From: Nemertoderma westbladi
Taxonomy: Eukaryota; Animalia; Xenacoelomorpha
Assembly (NCBI GenBank): GCA_032718475.1
Contig: JAUCBJ010008837.1
Coordinates: 21,638 to 85,637, forward strand
Length of the DNA: 64,000 bases
Direction of reading: 5' to 3'
A model generated the notes under the pieces. That model saw only the letters and a program-made list of their open reading frames with translations, did no database searches and was not told the origin of the DNA. This document shows positions 25,101 to 37,509 of this stretch, piece after piece (the first letter of the stretch is position 1; each line of letters starts with the position of its first letter). Both the position numbers and the translations under genes were made by a program.

Positions 25101-26177
25101 GCGTTTTTTGTCGTTATTCCAACATAATAAATTAATTATATATTTTGAATTTTGTTTTTCAAAAAGTTTAATAGCTAGCTTCCACTCTGTTGGATAATCT
25201 TTGTTCCCATTGTCAAAAATGAAATGACTCATATAATTTTTGTACGATGAAGTACGGTTTTTGTTTATCTTCACTTTGCTACTAAATTTTGCGGATATAA
25301 TTGCCCATTTAAAACAGTTATTATCAGCCGATTGTACATTTATAACACATTTTTTAACTGATAAAGCCTTAGGTAATTCCATATACCCATGCCCCTTATA
25401 TAGTAACGAGCTACACTTAGATTCAGCTAATTTAATTTCAACCCTTAATAAAGATTTAATACGCCACCCCGAACCACGTGTGTTAAAGATGGCTATTTTT
25501 TGTAATATATTTTCCCGCACATACTCAAACCATGTCTCAAAACTTTGCGGTGAATCTACAGTATTAATAGCACCACCGGAAGAATTAAAATAAAAGGTTT
25601 CCAATTGCTCACCTTGTGAAAAATGTGATCTGTACATTAATACATTTAGACCTAACCACAGTCTAAGAACATTCATTTCTTTCAATCTGTCTAATATTAA
25701 CTGAAGAATATTACCTCGAATTTGTGTTACTGCTGTTTCTACATCGGGATAATCTCTAGAAGTTGGGAGGTCGTGGACATAAATTTCAAGACGATTATCG
25801 TGAGCTTCTTGTTCCCTCGTAAAAATTGTTGCGCATGTGCCAAGAGCCACCCTTAAGTTTTTTCTGGATATTATGTTTTTATGTTGCGAAAATTTACGCT
25901 TTCTTGTGTAGTAACATTTCAAGTGACAGTCGTGTCGTAGATAATCGTCATATGTATACTCTTTATTACAGGTAGAACAAGTCAATTGATAGGTGCGGAA
26001 CTGCATTTCTTTACAACCAGTAGTCGTTTCATGTCGTTTACAAATTTCGCTGCATGAAGTCACGACATGACACTTTAAACAAGAATAACCTTCAAAATGT
26101 GACCGTAGGTGGCGTAAATAATTATGTCTAGTTACATTCATATGACAGAATGAACAACATATTGTTATTTTATCCAT
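22120..26177 (-). pseudogene. Protein-primed family B DNA polymerase (pPolB), one frameshift near 24175
   Basis: YFDIEC (ExoI), HNSNNYD (ExoII), KGVFPY, DFNSLY, KLLNNSLFGK, DTDS. Adding one A to the A6 run restores SKK-IELRFLDTYQF and about 1350 aa. Confidence 0.93.
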
Positions 26178-26361
26178 GTTGAAGTTTATTTAGATAAATA
26201 ATAATAATAATAAAATATCTCCAAAAAATTAAAATAAAATGAAATGAAATGAAATTGACTACATCTAAACATTTATATGCTAGCGAGGGAAATAATTTTA
26301 AACCAATCACCAATCGCTTATGACTATTGGAAACCGCAAAGAGTTTAACTTATGATTAGGT

Positions 26362-27429
26362 TTACATGTTAGAATAATAATCTGGTTTCCATGGAGAATT
26401 AGTAACAGGCTCTACTAGAACTGGGTTACTGACGACTTTCTGTTTCTTTGCAGGTGATGCGTTGGTAAATTTACTCGATGATCTTGGCTTCCGAGGTAAT
26501 ATTTCAGGAAAGACCTGTTGCGGTTGAGAGCAGCTCTCTTCAACATCCTGATTAGGTGATGGGATCTCTACGAAAGCTTTAGGTTTATCCAAAAGGACAA
26601 AGCCGTCAACGTGGGCTTCAGTAAGAGAAACGCCATCCAGCGATTCTTTGAGAAAACTAATATGGGCTTTATCATTCAAGTAATGCAACTCGATAGAATT
26701 TCCGCCGGCGCCTACTTCAGTAGAATTATCGGTGTTGGTGATAATAATTTTTTTATTATTGGTTTTAATCATTTTGAGACGGTCTGATAATTGAATGATA
26801 TTTTTATCAAAAAGATGCTTGTCTGTTTCAGCGACTTGGTTGTCCCACTCTCGCAACAAAACAGTTAGTTCCAGTTTTGACAAATTGAAACCCGTATAAT
26901 AGTTAAAACCAACACTATCAGTGTATCTGAGGCTGATTTTCCATAAGCCAACATAGTTGGTTCCTTTAAAAGCTGTTACAAATCCAATAAAGTCTGGATT
27001 TGATAATTCAATGTAGAATTGATCGCTAATAATCTCTAGCGGTGGAGAGAGAAATTGTAATAATTTCCCTCTGTATTGAATTAGAACTTCAGTAAAAGCT
27101 TTGTTGAGAACTTTACATTTGCCTTGTTTCTGAACATAAACATCACCCGATGTGGGGTTGATGGAAATATTCAAATTTCCCCGCGCAAAACGAGGAGTAG
27201 GATATATCCTACCTGGTATAATTGCTGGTCTGGATTGATGTTGGTTGTTGTTGTTGGTTGTTTCTAGAATGTCTAACAAATAGCGGGTATCTTGATGGGA
27301 AAAACAAATGGATTCGTTGTCCTCCTGAGATTCCACAATAAAATACTTGCTGTGAACGACGGTACAAGTATATTTATTGTAAGTAAATTTCCAGCTATTT
27401 GTTGCTCCGGTTTTTTGCGTTAAGGCCAT
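26362..27429 (-). CDS. Protein with PC4-like (ssDNA-binding / coactivator) domain
   Basis: FIGFVTAFKGTNYVGLWK...YTGFNLSKLELTVL resembles PC4 (YVSVRDFKGKVLIDIRE...KGISLNPEQW) and a segment of 37510-39201; C-terminal NLS-like PAKKQK. Confidence 0.6.
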   Translation of the reverse strand: MALTQKTGATNSWKFTYNKYTCTVVHSKYFIVESQEDNESICFSHQDTRYLLDILETTNNNNQHQSRPAIIPGRIYPTPRFARGNLNISINPTSGDVYVQKQGKCKVLNKAFTEVLIQYRGKLLQFLSPPLEIISDQFYIELSNPDFIGFVTAFKGTNYVGLWKISLRYTDSVGFNYYTGFNLSKLELTVLLREWDNQVAETDKHLFDKNIIQLSDRLKMIKTNNKKIIITNTDNSTEVGAGGNSIELHYLNDKAHISFLKESLDGVSLTEAHVDGFVLLDKPKAFVEIPSPNQDVEESCSQPQQVFPEILPRKPRSSSKFTNASPAKKQKVVSNPVLVEPVTNSPWKPDYYSNM

Positions 27430-27489
27430 AATAATAATAAATACGAAAAATATTACAAGTGATAAATTTTAAACCGTATCGCTGTAATA

Positions 27490-27780
27490 AATTGACACCA
27501 TAGTTCTCACTCTAAAATTGTGTTTGGTCGGAAAACGACGCCAGAGAAAAATGATGCTGAGTTCGACATTAGGTATCGACACAAAAACAAAGATTGGGCG
27601 AGACACGTAGCTCAGATTTTCGTTTTTGAGTCGATACCCAATGCTGGAATCAGTATCATTTTATGCGGTGTCGTTTTCCGACCAACGAATATACAACGCG
27701 TAAGATAATGTATGAATTATTAAGGAAAAAAAACACAATGTCAGAGTGAGAACAAAAAAATTAGATATGGTATCAATATA
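27490..27780. repeat. Imperfect palindrome / MITE-like foldback inside the Maverick
   Basis: TTGGTCGGAAAACGACGCC pairs with GGTGTCGTTTTCCGACCAA; inner arms pair too; outer GTTCTCACTCT pairs with AGAGTGAGAAC. Confidence 0.75.
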
Positions 27781-28115
27781 TTACCATGAAGAAGATTACA
27801 AGTGATGAATTTTATTAAAAACATTCACTTATATATATAAAAATTTGCGATGTGGCATAGTCAACGAAGAAGAGATGGTACGTGTCATAATCATCAACGA
27901 ATAAGAAAAGAGATGGGGAGCAACGTGGATGAATAGCTGGTTGGTTGATTGCGTGGATAGGAAATACGTGAAAGAATATGAATCATAGGGTTGTGTGTGT
28001 GCGTGTGTGTGTAATAATCAATAATTATTATAATAAAAAACGCACAGTATAATGTTAGTGGTGGAAGCCTTTCAATATGGCACAGATGCTGCGGGATCGG
28101 TTAGCTTGAGTAACT

Positions 28116-28630
28116 ACTATGGAAATATTCGTATACGTGTAGCTAGAACGTGGCGAAATTTCAACACGTATCATAATAGCGTTGGGGTAGGCAGGCCGCT
28201 TGGTTGGTTGGATTGATTGGTTTGGCGACAGCCGTCGAAGAGTAGCCGTGCGTGGCTAGCGACGGTGGTGGTGGTGGTGGTGAGTTGGCAATCGATTCGA
28301 TATAATAGCGTAGTGGGGGCTAGCCATGCGATGAGAAGTTAGGTTACGCGAAGATGAATATGCGATGGTTGGTTGATGCAACGACGCGAATCAATACTCA
28401 CGGGTGGTAACAGTTGTCGAGTAAGGTAGGCATCGCGAGGTTAGGCTACGCGTAGGTGATAAGCAACAATTGGTTGAAGGCAACGACGCGAATCAATATT
28501 GATGGTGACAGATGGTCATTAAACACCGCGATTTAGCACCGGAATTTGGCATTTTTTAATTGCCTCCGAGATGCGAGCCGTAGCCCAAGCTAGGGAGGAG
28601 ATATGGAGGAACTATGCTTCTCCTACTACT
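28116..28630 (-). repeat. Right TIR of the Maverick
   Basis: Reverse complement of 9911-10425, ends ACTACT followed by TSD CCTATT. Confidence 0.95.
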
Positions 28631-30774
28631 CCTATTAACCACTTTACAACACAAATACACTGCCTACACACTAATTACCTTCGGAAAGCACTGTACACTA
28701 AACCCTAAATTAGGTACAAGTACTTATACAACAAATAACCAGCAGTTAAAAATACTTGTACAGCTAAAAGAACCACGGTATCGGCCAGAGTGACCAGAGC
28801 ATAAAATCACCAGTCTTTACCTACGCCAAACAGCCATGATGTAGTACCAGGGTTAATTTAACTATAACGGTATGTATAACAAGCACAATTACTGTAGGAA
28901 TAAACTTGGGGTATGTATGTTGCGAATAATCGCATAAACTCTGAATAATAAATATTACACTACCCGTACAGACTACATAACCAAAATACAAACCAAATGC
29001 TGGCAGACTACTATCAAACCTAAATAAACTACAGTATATGCAGACTCCGAAATGGTTAGTTAGTATGCGTTCTAACCGAGTAGTACGACTTATTCTTTCG
29101 GGGGGATTCACCTTACAACACTGGATGCCCCCACGTTCCTAACTAGTACTTTATCGGACAAACACTCTACACACACTGCAATCTCTTCAGACCTGACAAC
29201 AGCCAGACAACAATCCAGCTTACAAATTATCTGTATAATCTGAGCAGGCTTACACGCCTTATGTTCAATATTAACTTACAAATAAATAAAACTGACAGAA
29301 ATAAGTAAAATCCCAATAAAAACCAGGCGTCCCCGATTAAATATTGAGACCTACCGGTATATAATTATCAAAATCGAATAATACTGCTGTACCTGTACTG
29401 CTGTAAGTACCGGTTCGGGTGGTTAGGTAGTCAGGCCTACTGGTTACCGGTCGACCGGTACTTTTACCTTTATTGCCTACATTGCAATAAAGAAAGCTAT
29501 AACTGTTATTGTTCGCGCTTTTAGACCTTTAGCAGTTTAACCTGCCAAATTTAGGTGTCTTCTAGGTTATAAATTGACTTTAGCCTATAACAAGTATTTG
29601 ATACACATAAAACTACATTAGCCGAAGCCAGCCTATGCGCGATCATTCACCCACGGTTAAGGGAGACTGGATTCGGATGCTCTGACCTTATTGCGGTGTA
29701 GGCCTACTGTATTATTCGATTGATCATTAATATATAATCTCTGACAAATATTATTCACTTTCGGGAAATATTAACAGTTCCTTTAGGACGTGGCGCTCTA
29801 AGTATGTAAACAGAGTTATGACTTACACTAAACACAACGGGATGGCTTATGATTTACGTATAAGGCGCATTCTTTAGGAAATGCTTTTTATCTATCACAC
29901 TCATGCACACTACCGCACACTGCTGCACACTGATCTGCCGACCTTCACTAATTTTGATCATATATAAGGAGAACAGCAACTGACACATGTAGGTTCTATG
30001 AAATAGCATTCAATTCACTCCAAAACCACTATAATCTAAGTCGCAATTGCTATATGTAACCGGTCTCTCTAACCTTCAGTATATCAAGAAGATTGGGGTT
30101 TTCTGATTATTTATCGATATTCTCCAAATATAACAACATTCCATTAACTGATAACAATTAATAACCGACAGTAAATAGCAGTAAAATAATGCGGTGAAAG
30201 GTATGTATAGTATGGTATGGGCTGACAATATGAGCAGTTTGATAACAGTTATACGTTTCTATGATCAAAGCCGTTCTAATGTTTGGCTAAAGTCTGAAAC
30301 ACAGAATAATTCCACAGCCGATGTTCTGGGCTCAGGAAAAAAGGTAAACAAAGACCATAATGCATTGCGCGATTTCCCGGAGGCTTCTGTGCAAATAAAA
30401 TGAAAATCGCTCTGATTGGTCGAGCCGAACAAAGAAAGCTCTGCATGGACATATCAGCTGATAGATGTCGTCATCTGAACTACACTATATCAAGAGTATT
30501 TTGGCGTATTGCGGCATAAAATCGCTAGTTATGTCCGCTAAAGTACACATACAGAAAAATGGCTTTTTATGTCCACTAAAACACCTACACAGTAAGAAAA
30601 CGGCTTTTTATGTCCGCTAAAACACCTACAGAGTACTTTGCGGGAAAAATGACTAGCTAGATCCGCAAAAGCCTTTACAACAATATAGCTTTCCTGATTG
30701 ACCTCTCAATTATCCCCATCCCAAGTAATTCAGCTTTCAATCTCGTTAAATATCAAATTGCTCTTCATTCTTTG

Positions 30775-31107
30775 TGTAATGAGGGCCTTCTCCCTCTAAC
30801 CCGGCTCTAGCACGGCTGCTATATTTGAACTGTCAACCAAACAATACAGCAATAATAAGCATGATATTTATTATCAAAGTATAATATTAATAAGCAGAGA
30901 ATAAGAATATGTGATTCACTTAACTGTATAACAACCTACCGGTCGGCGGTCAACCGCTACCGGTACAAGCAGTAACCTACTTCGTATGGTACTGCAGTAC
31001 TGCCTTCCTAGTCCAGTAGTCTGCTAGTCTACAACATAACTACATACAACATAACATAACTGTACTCTGTATTCTTGGTACCGATCATACAGTACATTTC
31101 TATTACA
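30775..31107 (-). repeat. Gypsy 3' LTR (333 bp), preceded on the minus strand by PPT AACGGGGTGGA
   Basis: Direct repeat of 51624-51943. Confidence 0.95.
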
Positions 31108-31394
31108 TCCACCCCGTTATAAAAAGATCGACCCGATCTTTACAATAATAAAATAAATGAAATACATAATTAAATTAATTCATAAGTCACCAACAACTTT
31201 ACTTTCAGTTTCGAAAATTCCAATGTTAACTATCAACACCTTAATTATTATAACCAAAGATAAAAAAAAATACACATATACCCAATTCAACAATTAATAA
31301 TTGCATCATTATTTAGTTATTATTACATATTGTTATACACCAATTAATGAATTATTCTTACAAACAACAAAAAAAAACTAAAAATATTACTAAT

Positions 31395-34300
31395 TTATTT
31401 ATTATCCCTACAATCTTCACAAAACCGTAATTCTGAATCCGGTTCACCTTCTAACCCAACACAATGAAAATGGAACCATTCTAAACAACCATCGCACCCA
31501 ACCATTGATGGTCCTTCGTCAAACCATGGAATACCGCATATGGGGCACGGTAAAACATCTGTTTCACCATCAAAAGGTGGATTTTCCGTGCTGCGTGCAG
31601 CATCTACTTCACGTCCTAATACTGCGTCAGTCGGTCGTGGAGTAATGGTTTCATTTGTGTGTAGTGATGGTAAGTAAGGACCTACTCGCAATCTGACGTC
31701 ATCTCGACTTATCGTTTTCGTTTTAGAATCTCTCATTCCACCAATTTTAACATTCTTTGAGTCCAATTCTACAACTCTAAATGGTCCAGAAAACTTTGGA
31801 GCAAGTTTCCTATCTGTCCCGGTTAAATCACTGTGATGTCTACACCACACGAGATCACCAACTTTAATTAGTTCGTCACGTACATTCTTATTATAATTTC
31901 GTTTCTGTGTCAACTGTGCTCTGCCTATGTATTCCTTCGCCAATTTCCAAATCTCCGTCATCTGTTCTCCTATTATCTGGGCTCGCTCATCAGGTTTAAT
32001 GTTATTTGATGTCCTTATAATCAAGTTATCTACGGGACGTCTAGCTTCATAACCATGTAATGTATAAAAAGGTGTTTGGTTCGTCAACGTGTGAATTGTA
32101 TTATTATATGCAAATTGCGTCATTAATAACAATTCGTCCCAATTCCTCGACTTGTGATCTGTCAATGTCCGTAAGAGTCTAATGACAGTCTGAATAGTCC
32201 GTTCAGCCAACCCATCAGCCTGTGGATGGTATGGGACTGTAAATGTCTTCAATGATCTACATCGTTTCGTAATTTCATCTATTAACGTCGACCTAAAATT
32301 CGGTCCTTGATCTGATAATAATAATTCTGGTGCACCAAATCTCAACACAATTCGATTAATAAATAACTCGTTCAAATGGGCGATCTACTTGAATAGATTC
32401 CATCTCATATTTATTTCGAATATCTCTACACGTAGCACAAATATGACAACTCTTATAAAATTTATCAACATTGCTATACATGCCTCTCCAATAATAAAAT
32501 CGAAGCATTGTATTGTACATCTTGGTGGTCGCAAAATGACCAGCTGAACAATTTTTGTGATATGCCTCTAGTAACACTGTCCGTAAACAACGTGGTACAA
32601 CTGTAAGCAAATCAACTTTAAGTTGCCCTTTTACATGTTGTTTATAATAAAGCACATCATCATGTAATTCGTAAAACTGTGCTTCAGCTGTGATACGATA
32701 ACATTCTTTCTTATTTTCAGGTAAAATACCGTCACTTAAATATATCATTAAAGGTTTGAGTTCAACATCTTGCAACTGTTTAATTCCTATATCTACCTTT
32801 AATGGCACTGTTTCTAGAACATTGATTTCTACACTATCTACACACACCTCTGAATCTACTTCTCGTTGTATGGTCTCTATGGGACACTTGCCAAATTCTT
32901 TATCTGGACAACACAATGGCGCCAATCTACTCATAGCATCAGCGTCTTTGTGTTTTGCACCTGGGCGATATCTAATTTCACAATTAAATTGTGTTAACCA
33001 CATCGCCCATCGCGCTAATCTACCTTCTAAATGTTTTGCAGTTAATAAATAAGTTAATGCACTATGATCAGTATAAACAATAAATCTGCGTCCATACAAA
33101 TAAGGACGGAAATGTTTTACAGCCCAAATAATGTTGATACAAGACAATGTTGATGCAAATGACTGATACCATAATTTACTTCGCTTCCATGCAACACTCG
33201 TGAAGCATATGCCACTGGTTGCGGTTTATTATTACTGTTCAATTGAGCTAAAATTGCTCCTAGTCCTGTATGACATGCATCTGTGTGTAAATAAAAATCA
33301 TTATCAAAATCGGGGTGAATCAAACAAGGAGTGTTCGTAAGTGCTTGTTTGATATCAATAAATGCACTCTGCTGTGCAGAACCCCACACAAAAGTAGTAC
33401 TGTTTTTCATTAATTCAGTCATCGGTCGTAATCTATGAGCACAATGTGGTATGTAAATACGGTAATATGAGGCTAAACCTGTAAAACAACGCACATCCTT
33501 TTTACACTTAGGTTCGCTCAAATCTAACAATTTTTGCACAGTTTCAATATCTGGTTGCCTTCCATTAATATCTACAGTATGACCCAAATACGTAATTCGA
33601 GACATTATAAAATAGCATTTCTTTAACTTCAACTTAATACCAATACGACCTAGGGCTTGCAATACCTCATCTAATCGATGGTTATGCTCAGAAATCGTAT
33701 AAGCCCATACTAAAATGTCATCTAAATAAACTAAACAAGTAATAAATTGTAACCCTGTTAAAGCTGTGTCCATCACACGCTGCCATGTCGGGGGCGCGTT
33801 TATTAATCCAAACGGCATACGTTTGAATTGATATGACCCTTTGTGAGTTGCAAACGCCGTCTTACATCGATCTTGAGGTGCCATCTCTACTGTCCAATAC
33901 GCCGAATATGCATCTAAAACCGTAAAATACATTCGTTTCGAATCATGCGGGGAAGAACCAATACAATCCATTAAATCGTTTATTGACGGAAGGGGATAAA
34001 CATCTTTCCGAGTTACAGCATTTAATGGTCGATAATCGATGCAAAATCTGAGATTGCCATCCTTCTTTAACGCAAATACCGTTTGAAACTGCCATGGACT
34101 CGCTGCCGGCTCGATAACATCTTGCTCGAGCATTGCGTTTATGTGTTTTTCAACCATGGGCCATTGTGACCTTGGTGTCCGAATCCCCTTTATTTGTATG
34201 GGTTTACTATTTCCAGTATCTATATGATGTTGGACTCTATGAATACGACCTAAATCAAGATCATCCTGAGCAAATATATTTGCGTTGCTATACAACAGCT

Positions 34301-36258
34301 TCTTCACATTTTCTTTCTCATCTTCAGTTGCTCCACTGTCTATCTGTAACTTTGAGTTAAATTCTTCTTCTGTCCATGGTTCTCTGTACTTATTATCTTC
34401 CTCGACTGGACATGACATTACATTATAGTCATCTTCATCTTCATCAAGTAAAACTTCATCACCAGTATTTATGTAATTTACTTCCCCCAATTTTGTATGT
34501 TTATTTATTGTCACTGGAACTGACAAAGGATTTAATAATTGAATAGGAATTCGAAAGTGTTCATCTGGAATCGATATTGATCGTGCTGCAGCTATGGAGT
34601 GTCGTTTAGTAAGTTTGTTAGCCTGTTCAAATAAAACTGCATTATAATTAATTTCAGGCATTGTGTCAAGTTGCCCTGTAACCAACATTCGACTTCGAGC
34701 AGGAATCGTAACTATTTCATTACACCAAACAGTAGCAATTTCGGACTCACCAATTGATCTAGTTATCATCTCTGCTGGTATTTGTTTACCATCTATGTAA
34801 ACAGCTATATCATCAGGATTAGTCAAATCCATCATACACCTAAATCCTGCCATTAAATCTAATCCAATCAAAATGTCATATTTACAATATGAGTCAAGTA
34901 ATAGATCAACTTCATGAGTTATATCACCTAATTTCAATGGAACTGTAACCACACCTGCAATGTCTAAAGGATGACCTGAAGCAGACTTTGGTGCAAAGGG
35001 TGGTTGCCCCATCTTAAATTTACTCTTCTTTTTCTTCTGTAACTTATAAAGTACTGATTTCTGCATTAGTGAAATTTCACTTCTACTGTCTATTAGAGCT
35101 TTGAATGTATTTCCTTGTATTTCGATAGAAACTACAGCCCGTCTGAGATATTGCCCAGCGAATCTACTTCCATTAGCTTTACTGTTATCAACCGAAATTC
35201 TGGCAGAATCTGCCTCTGTTGCTTTGATTTGTTCTTCCTTAATTTCACGGAAATCATCTTTATGTATTTTCAAATCATCCTGACCAACTTGAACTAAATT
35301 ACATTTCACATGTTTATTATCCGTACTATTAACATTACTAAATGAATTTCTATTTGTATCTCTCAGTTTAGTATCATCACTGCTACTATTTTTCCATTTT
35401 CCTTGTGTACAATCTTTAGCTTTATGGCCTGTTTTCTGGCATTTATAACATAATGTAGGTGCTCTACAATCTTTAATTTGGTGGTTAGTTCTTCCACAAT
35501 TATAGCAAGCATTATTATTTTGTGACACTGACTGCATTCTTGGGTATTGAACATCTAATTCATATGCCTGTTGTAATAAATCTTTCCAAGAAGATCCAAC
35601 ATTAATTCGTCGCCAACCTCTTAAACGCCCACTTATTTCATTTCGCACATTTCCAGCAAACAAATCTTGGAAAATTTCTTGTTCACCATCACCACTATGA
35701 TCCTCACGTCGCCGCCGAACTGCAATCATAAAACGCTCTACAAATTCTGGTATTGTTTCATTTAAACCTTGCTTACATTGTGCAATGTCTGCTACCAGAA
35801 CAACATTGGTACAACATTACGTTTATGATCTCCTAAAATTTGAATAATAGCCCTCTTCATACTTTCATAATCTATTCTATCTCTGGGTTCTAAAGTTTCA
35901 TCTAACATTGAATGTAATCTACCTATTTTAACTAGAAGTCTATTCTTTCTTTCTTCCATTGGTACTTGCGAATCTATCATTATTCGCTCATAATATTCAC
36001 TAAACCAATCCTGGATGCTCATCTTTTTAGGATCAAAAGGAGGTATTTGCTCTGTTAACTTCGTAGAACGACTTGCCAAAGAACCCGTTGGTGCCTCATC
36101 TGATCCAGGACCACCATCATCTCGACGACTTCTCGACAAGTTTAGCATCTGCTCATCTCTAGCATCAGCTCGTCTGCATCTATCCTCCTCTCATTGATGA
36201 ATTTCTGCCATCATTGTAGAGAACATTTGATTTTGTTGCGTCATCATAGAATTAAACA
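31395..36258 (-). pseudogene. Gypsy gag-pol: zinc knuckles, protease, RT, RNase H, integrase with C-terminal PHD finger; disrupted
   Basis: CYNCGRTNHQIKDC, CYKCQKTGHKAKDC, ALIDSR (DSG mutated), YLDD, TDAC, HHCC, SDQG, AERTIQT, GPFRV, PHD. Breaks near 36194, 35790, 33130 and 32360. Confidence 0.92.
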
Positions 36259-36264
36259 TTCGTA

Positions 36265-36700
36265 AGTAGTAGGGTCTTGGCCGGCTCTGCGACAGTTAGA
36301 CCTAACTGACACCCATTGGGTGTCATATGACACCCAATTATCACCCTATGGGTGTCATTGGGTGTCATTGGCGCCAGACTGTCTGGGTGACACCTCCCAA
36401 TTAGGCTAATTAGACCCTAATTGACAGGTGTCATCAATTAATTAGTACAATTAAACCCTAACAGGTGTCATATGACTCCTAATTAGGGTTTATTTGATTA
36501 TCCTAATTAATCAGACTGATTAGCGCCCTGACACACAATGGGTCATCAGTGATGTCTAACTGTCGCAGAGCCGGCTCAAGAGGGTGTCATAAGTGACACC
36601 GCAGCTCTTTTATTCATTAATACTTATTTATTTATATTTAATTTTAATTAATTGTATTCTATTTTACTTTATTTTATATTAATTATTCATTTGTACTTTA
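36265..36700 (+). repeat. Left TIR (~430 bp, imperfect) rich in TGACACC/GGTGTCA palindromes
   Basis: Reverse complement of about 50845-51279; further patchy similarity between 36990-37160 and 50730-50870. Confidence 0.88.
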
Positions 36701-37287
36701 TGGGTATACAGCTCCCTTACTGGTAACTAATTACTCTTATCTATATCCAGACAGCTTTATCGTTGACCTTTGACCTTTGACCCCCCAATTAGCTTTAACC
36801 AAGCAACAGCATATTAATGATAGTTGTATCCAAGCGCCCCTGCCCCCCCACCCCGTGACAGCTCTGATTACTAATTACTCTTACATATATCCAACCGCCT
36901 GCAGTTCCATAGTCTGCCGCTAGAGGGCGTATTATCTGAAAATTAACATCTTCTCTAACTTTGTTATTTTCAATTTAACTATTTATTTATATTTAATTTT
37001 AATTAATTAATTGTACTTTATTTTACTTTATTTATTCATTTGTAGTTTATTTTAAATTAATTAATTGTATTCTATTTTACTTTATATAATGATTTCTATT
37101 TTTAGATGAATTTGGTTTTAAATTGCCAATGAGATCACTATGACATAATGTCTATTTTTAGCTCTATGGTTTATAGATCCCTTATCGTTAACTTTATAAT
37201 CTTTCCTCTCGTGGCCCCTTTGTCTTCGTTATTCAATGGCGCCATTCTGTCTACCATTGAATAACATTGGGCAATCATTATCTCGCC

Positions 37288-37392
37288 TGATGTGACGTCA
37301 TCAAAGCTGCTCTCTGATTGGTTTAATTATACAGTCTTTTCTCCCTCCTGTTCCCTGATTGGCTAACCCATTCTAGCCCCCTCTATAATAGC
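37288..37392 (+). promoter_or_regulatory. Pol II-type promoter: CRE (TGACGTCA), two inverted CCAAT boxes (CTGATTGG), TATAAT
   Basis: Motifs upstream of the ATG at 37510. Confidence 0.55.
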
Positions 37393-37509
37393 CCCCGTTC
37401 ACCACATTCCCAATCATTGTCTCTTTGTTTTCCTGAAAAGTTTTAATTATTTTCGTAAAAGTATTTATTTATTTTTATTTCCTAAACGAGTTACCGGTAC
37501 ACAATCACG

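Larger units (their letters stand above)
9911..28630. mobile_element. Full-length Polinton/Maverick (adintovirus-like endogenous virus), 18.7 kb
   Basis: 5'-AGTAGT...ACTACT-3' termini; 6-bp TSD CCTATT at 9905-9910 and 28631-28636; long TIRs; ATPase, integrase, penton, MCP, protease and pPolB genes. Confidence 0.97.

Noticed and set aside
28637-30770. 5' LTR/PBS of the BEL element
   Set aside because: Plausible position, but no second LTR in the window and no convincing PBS, so boundaries are unsupported.
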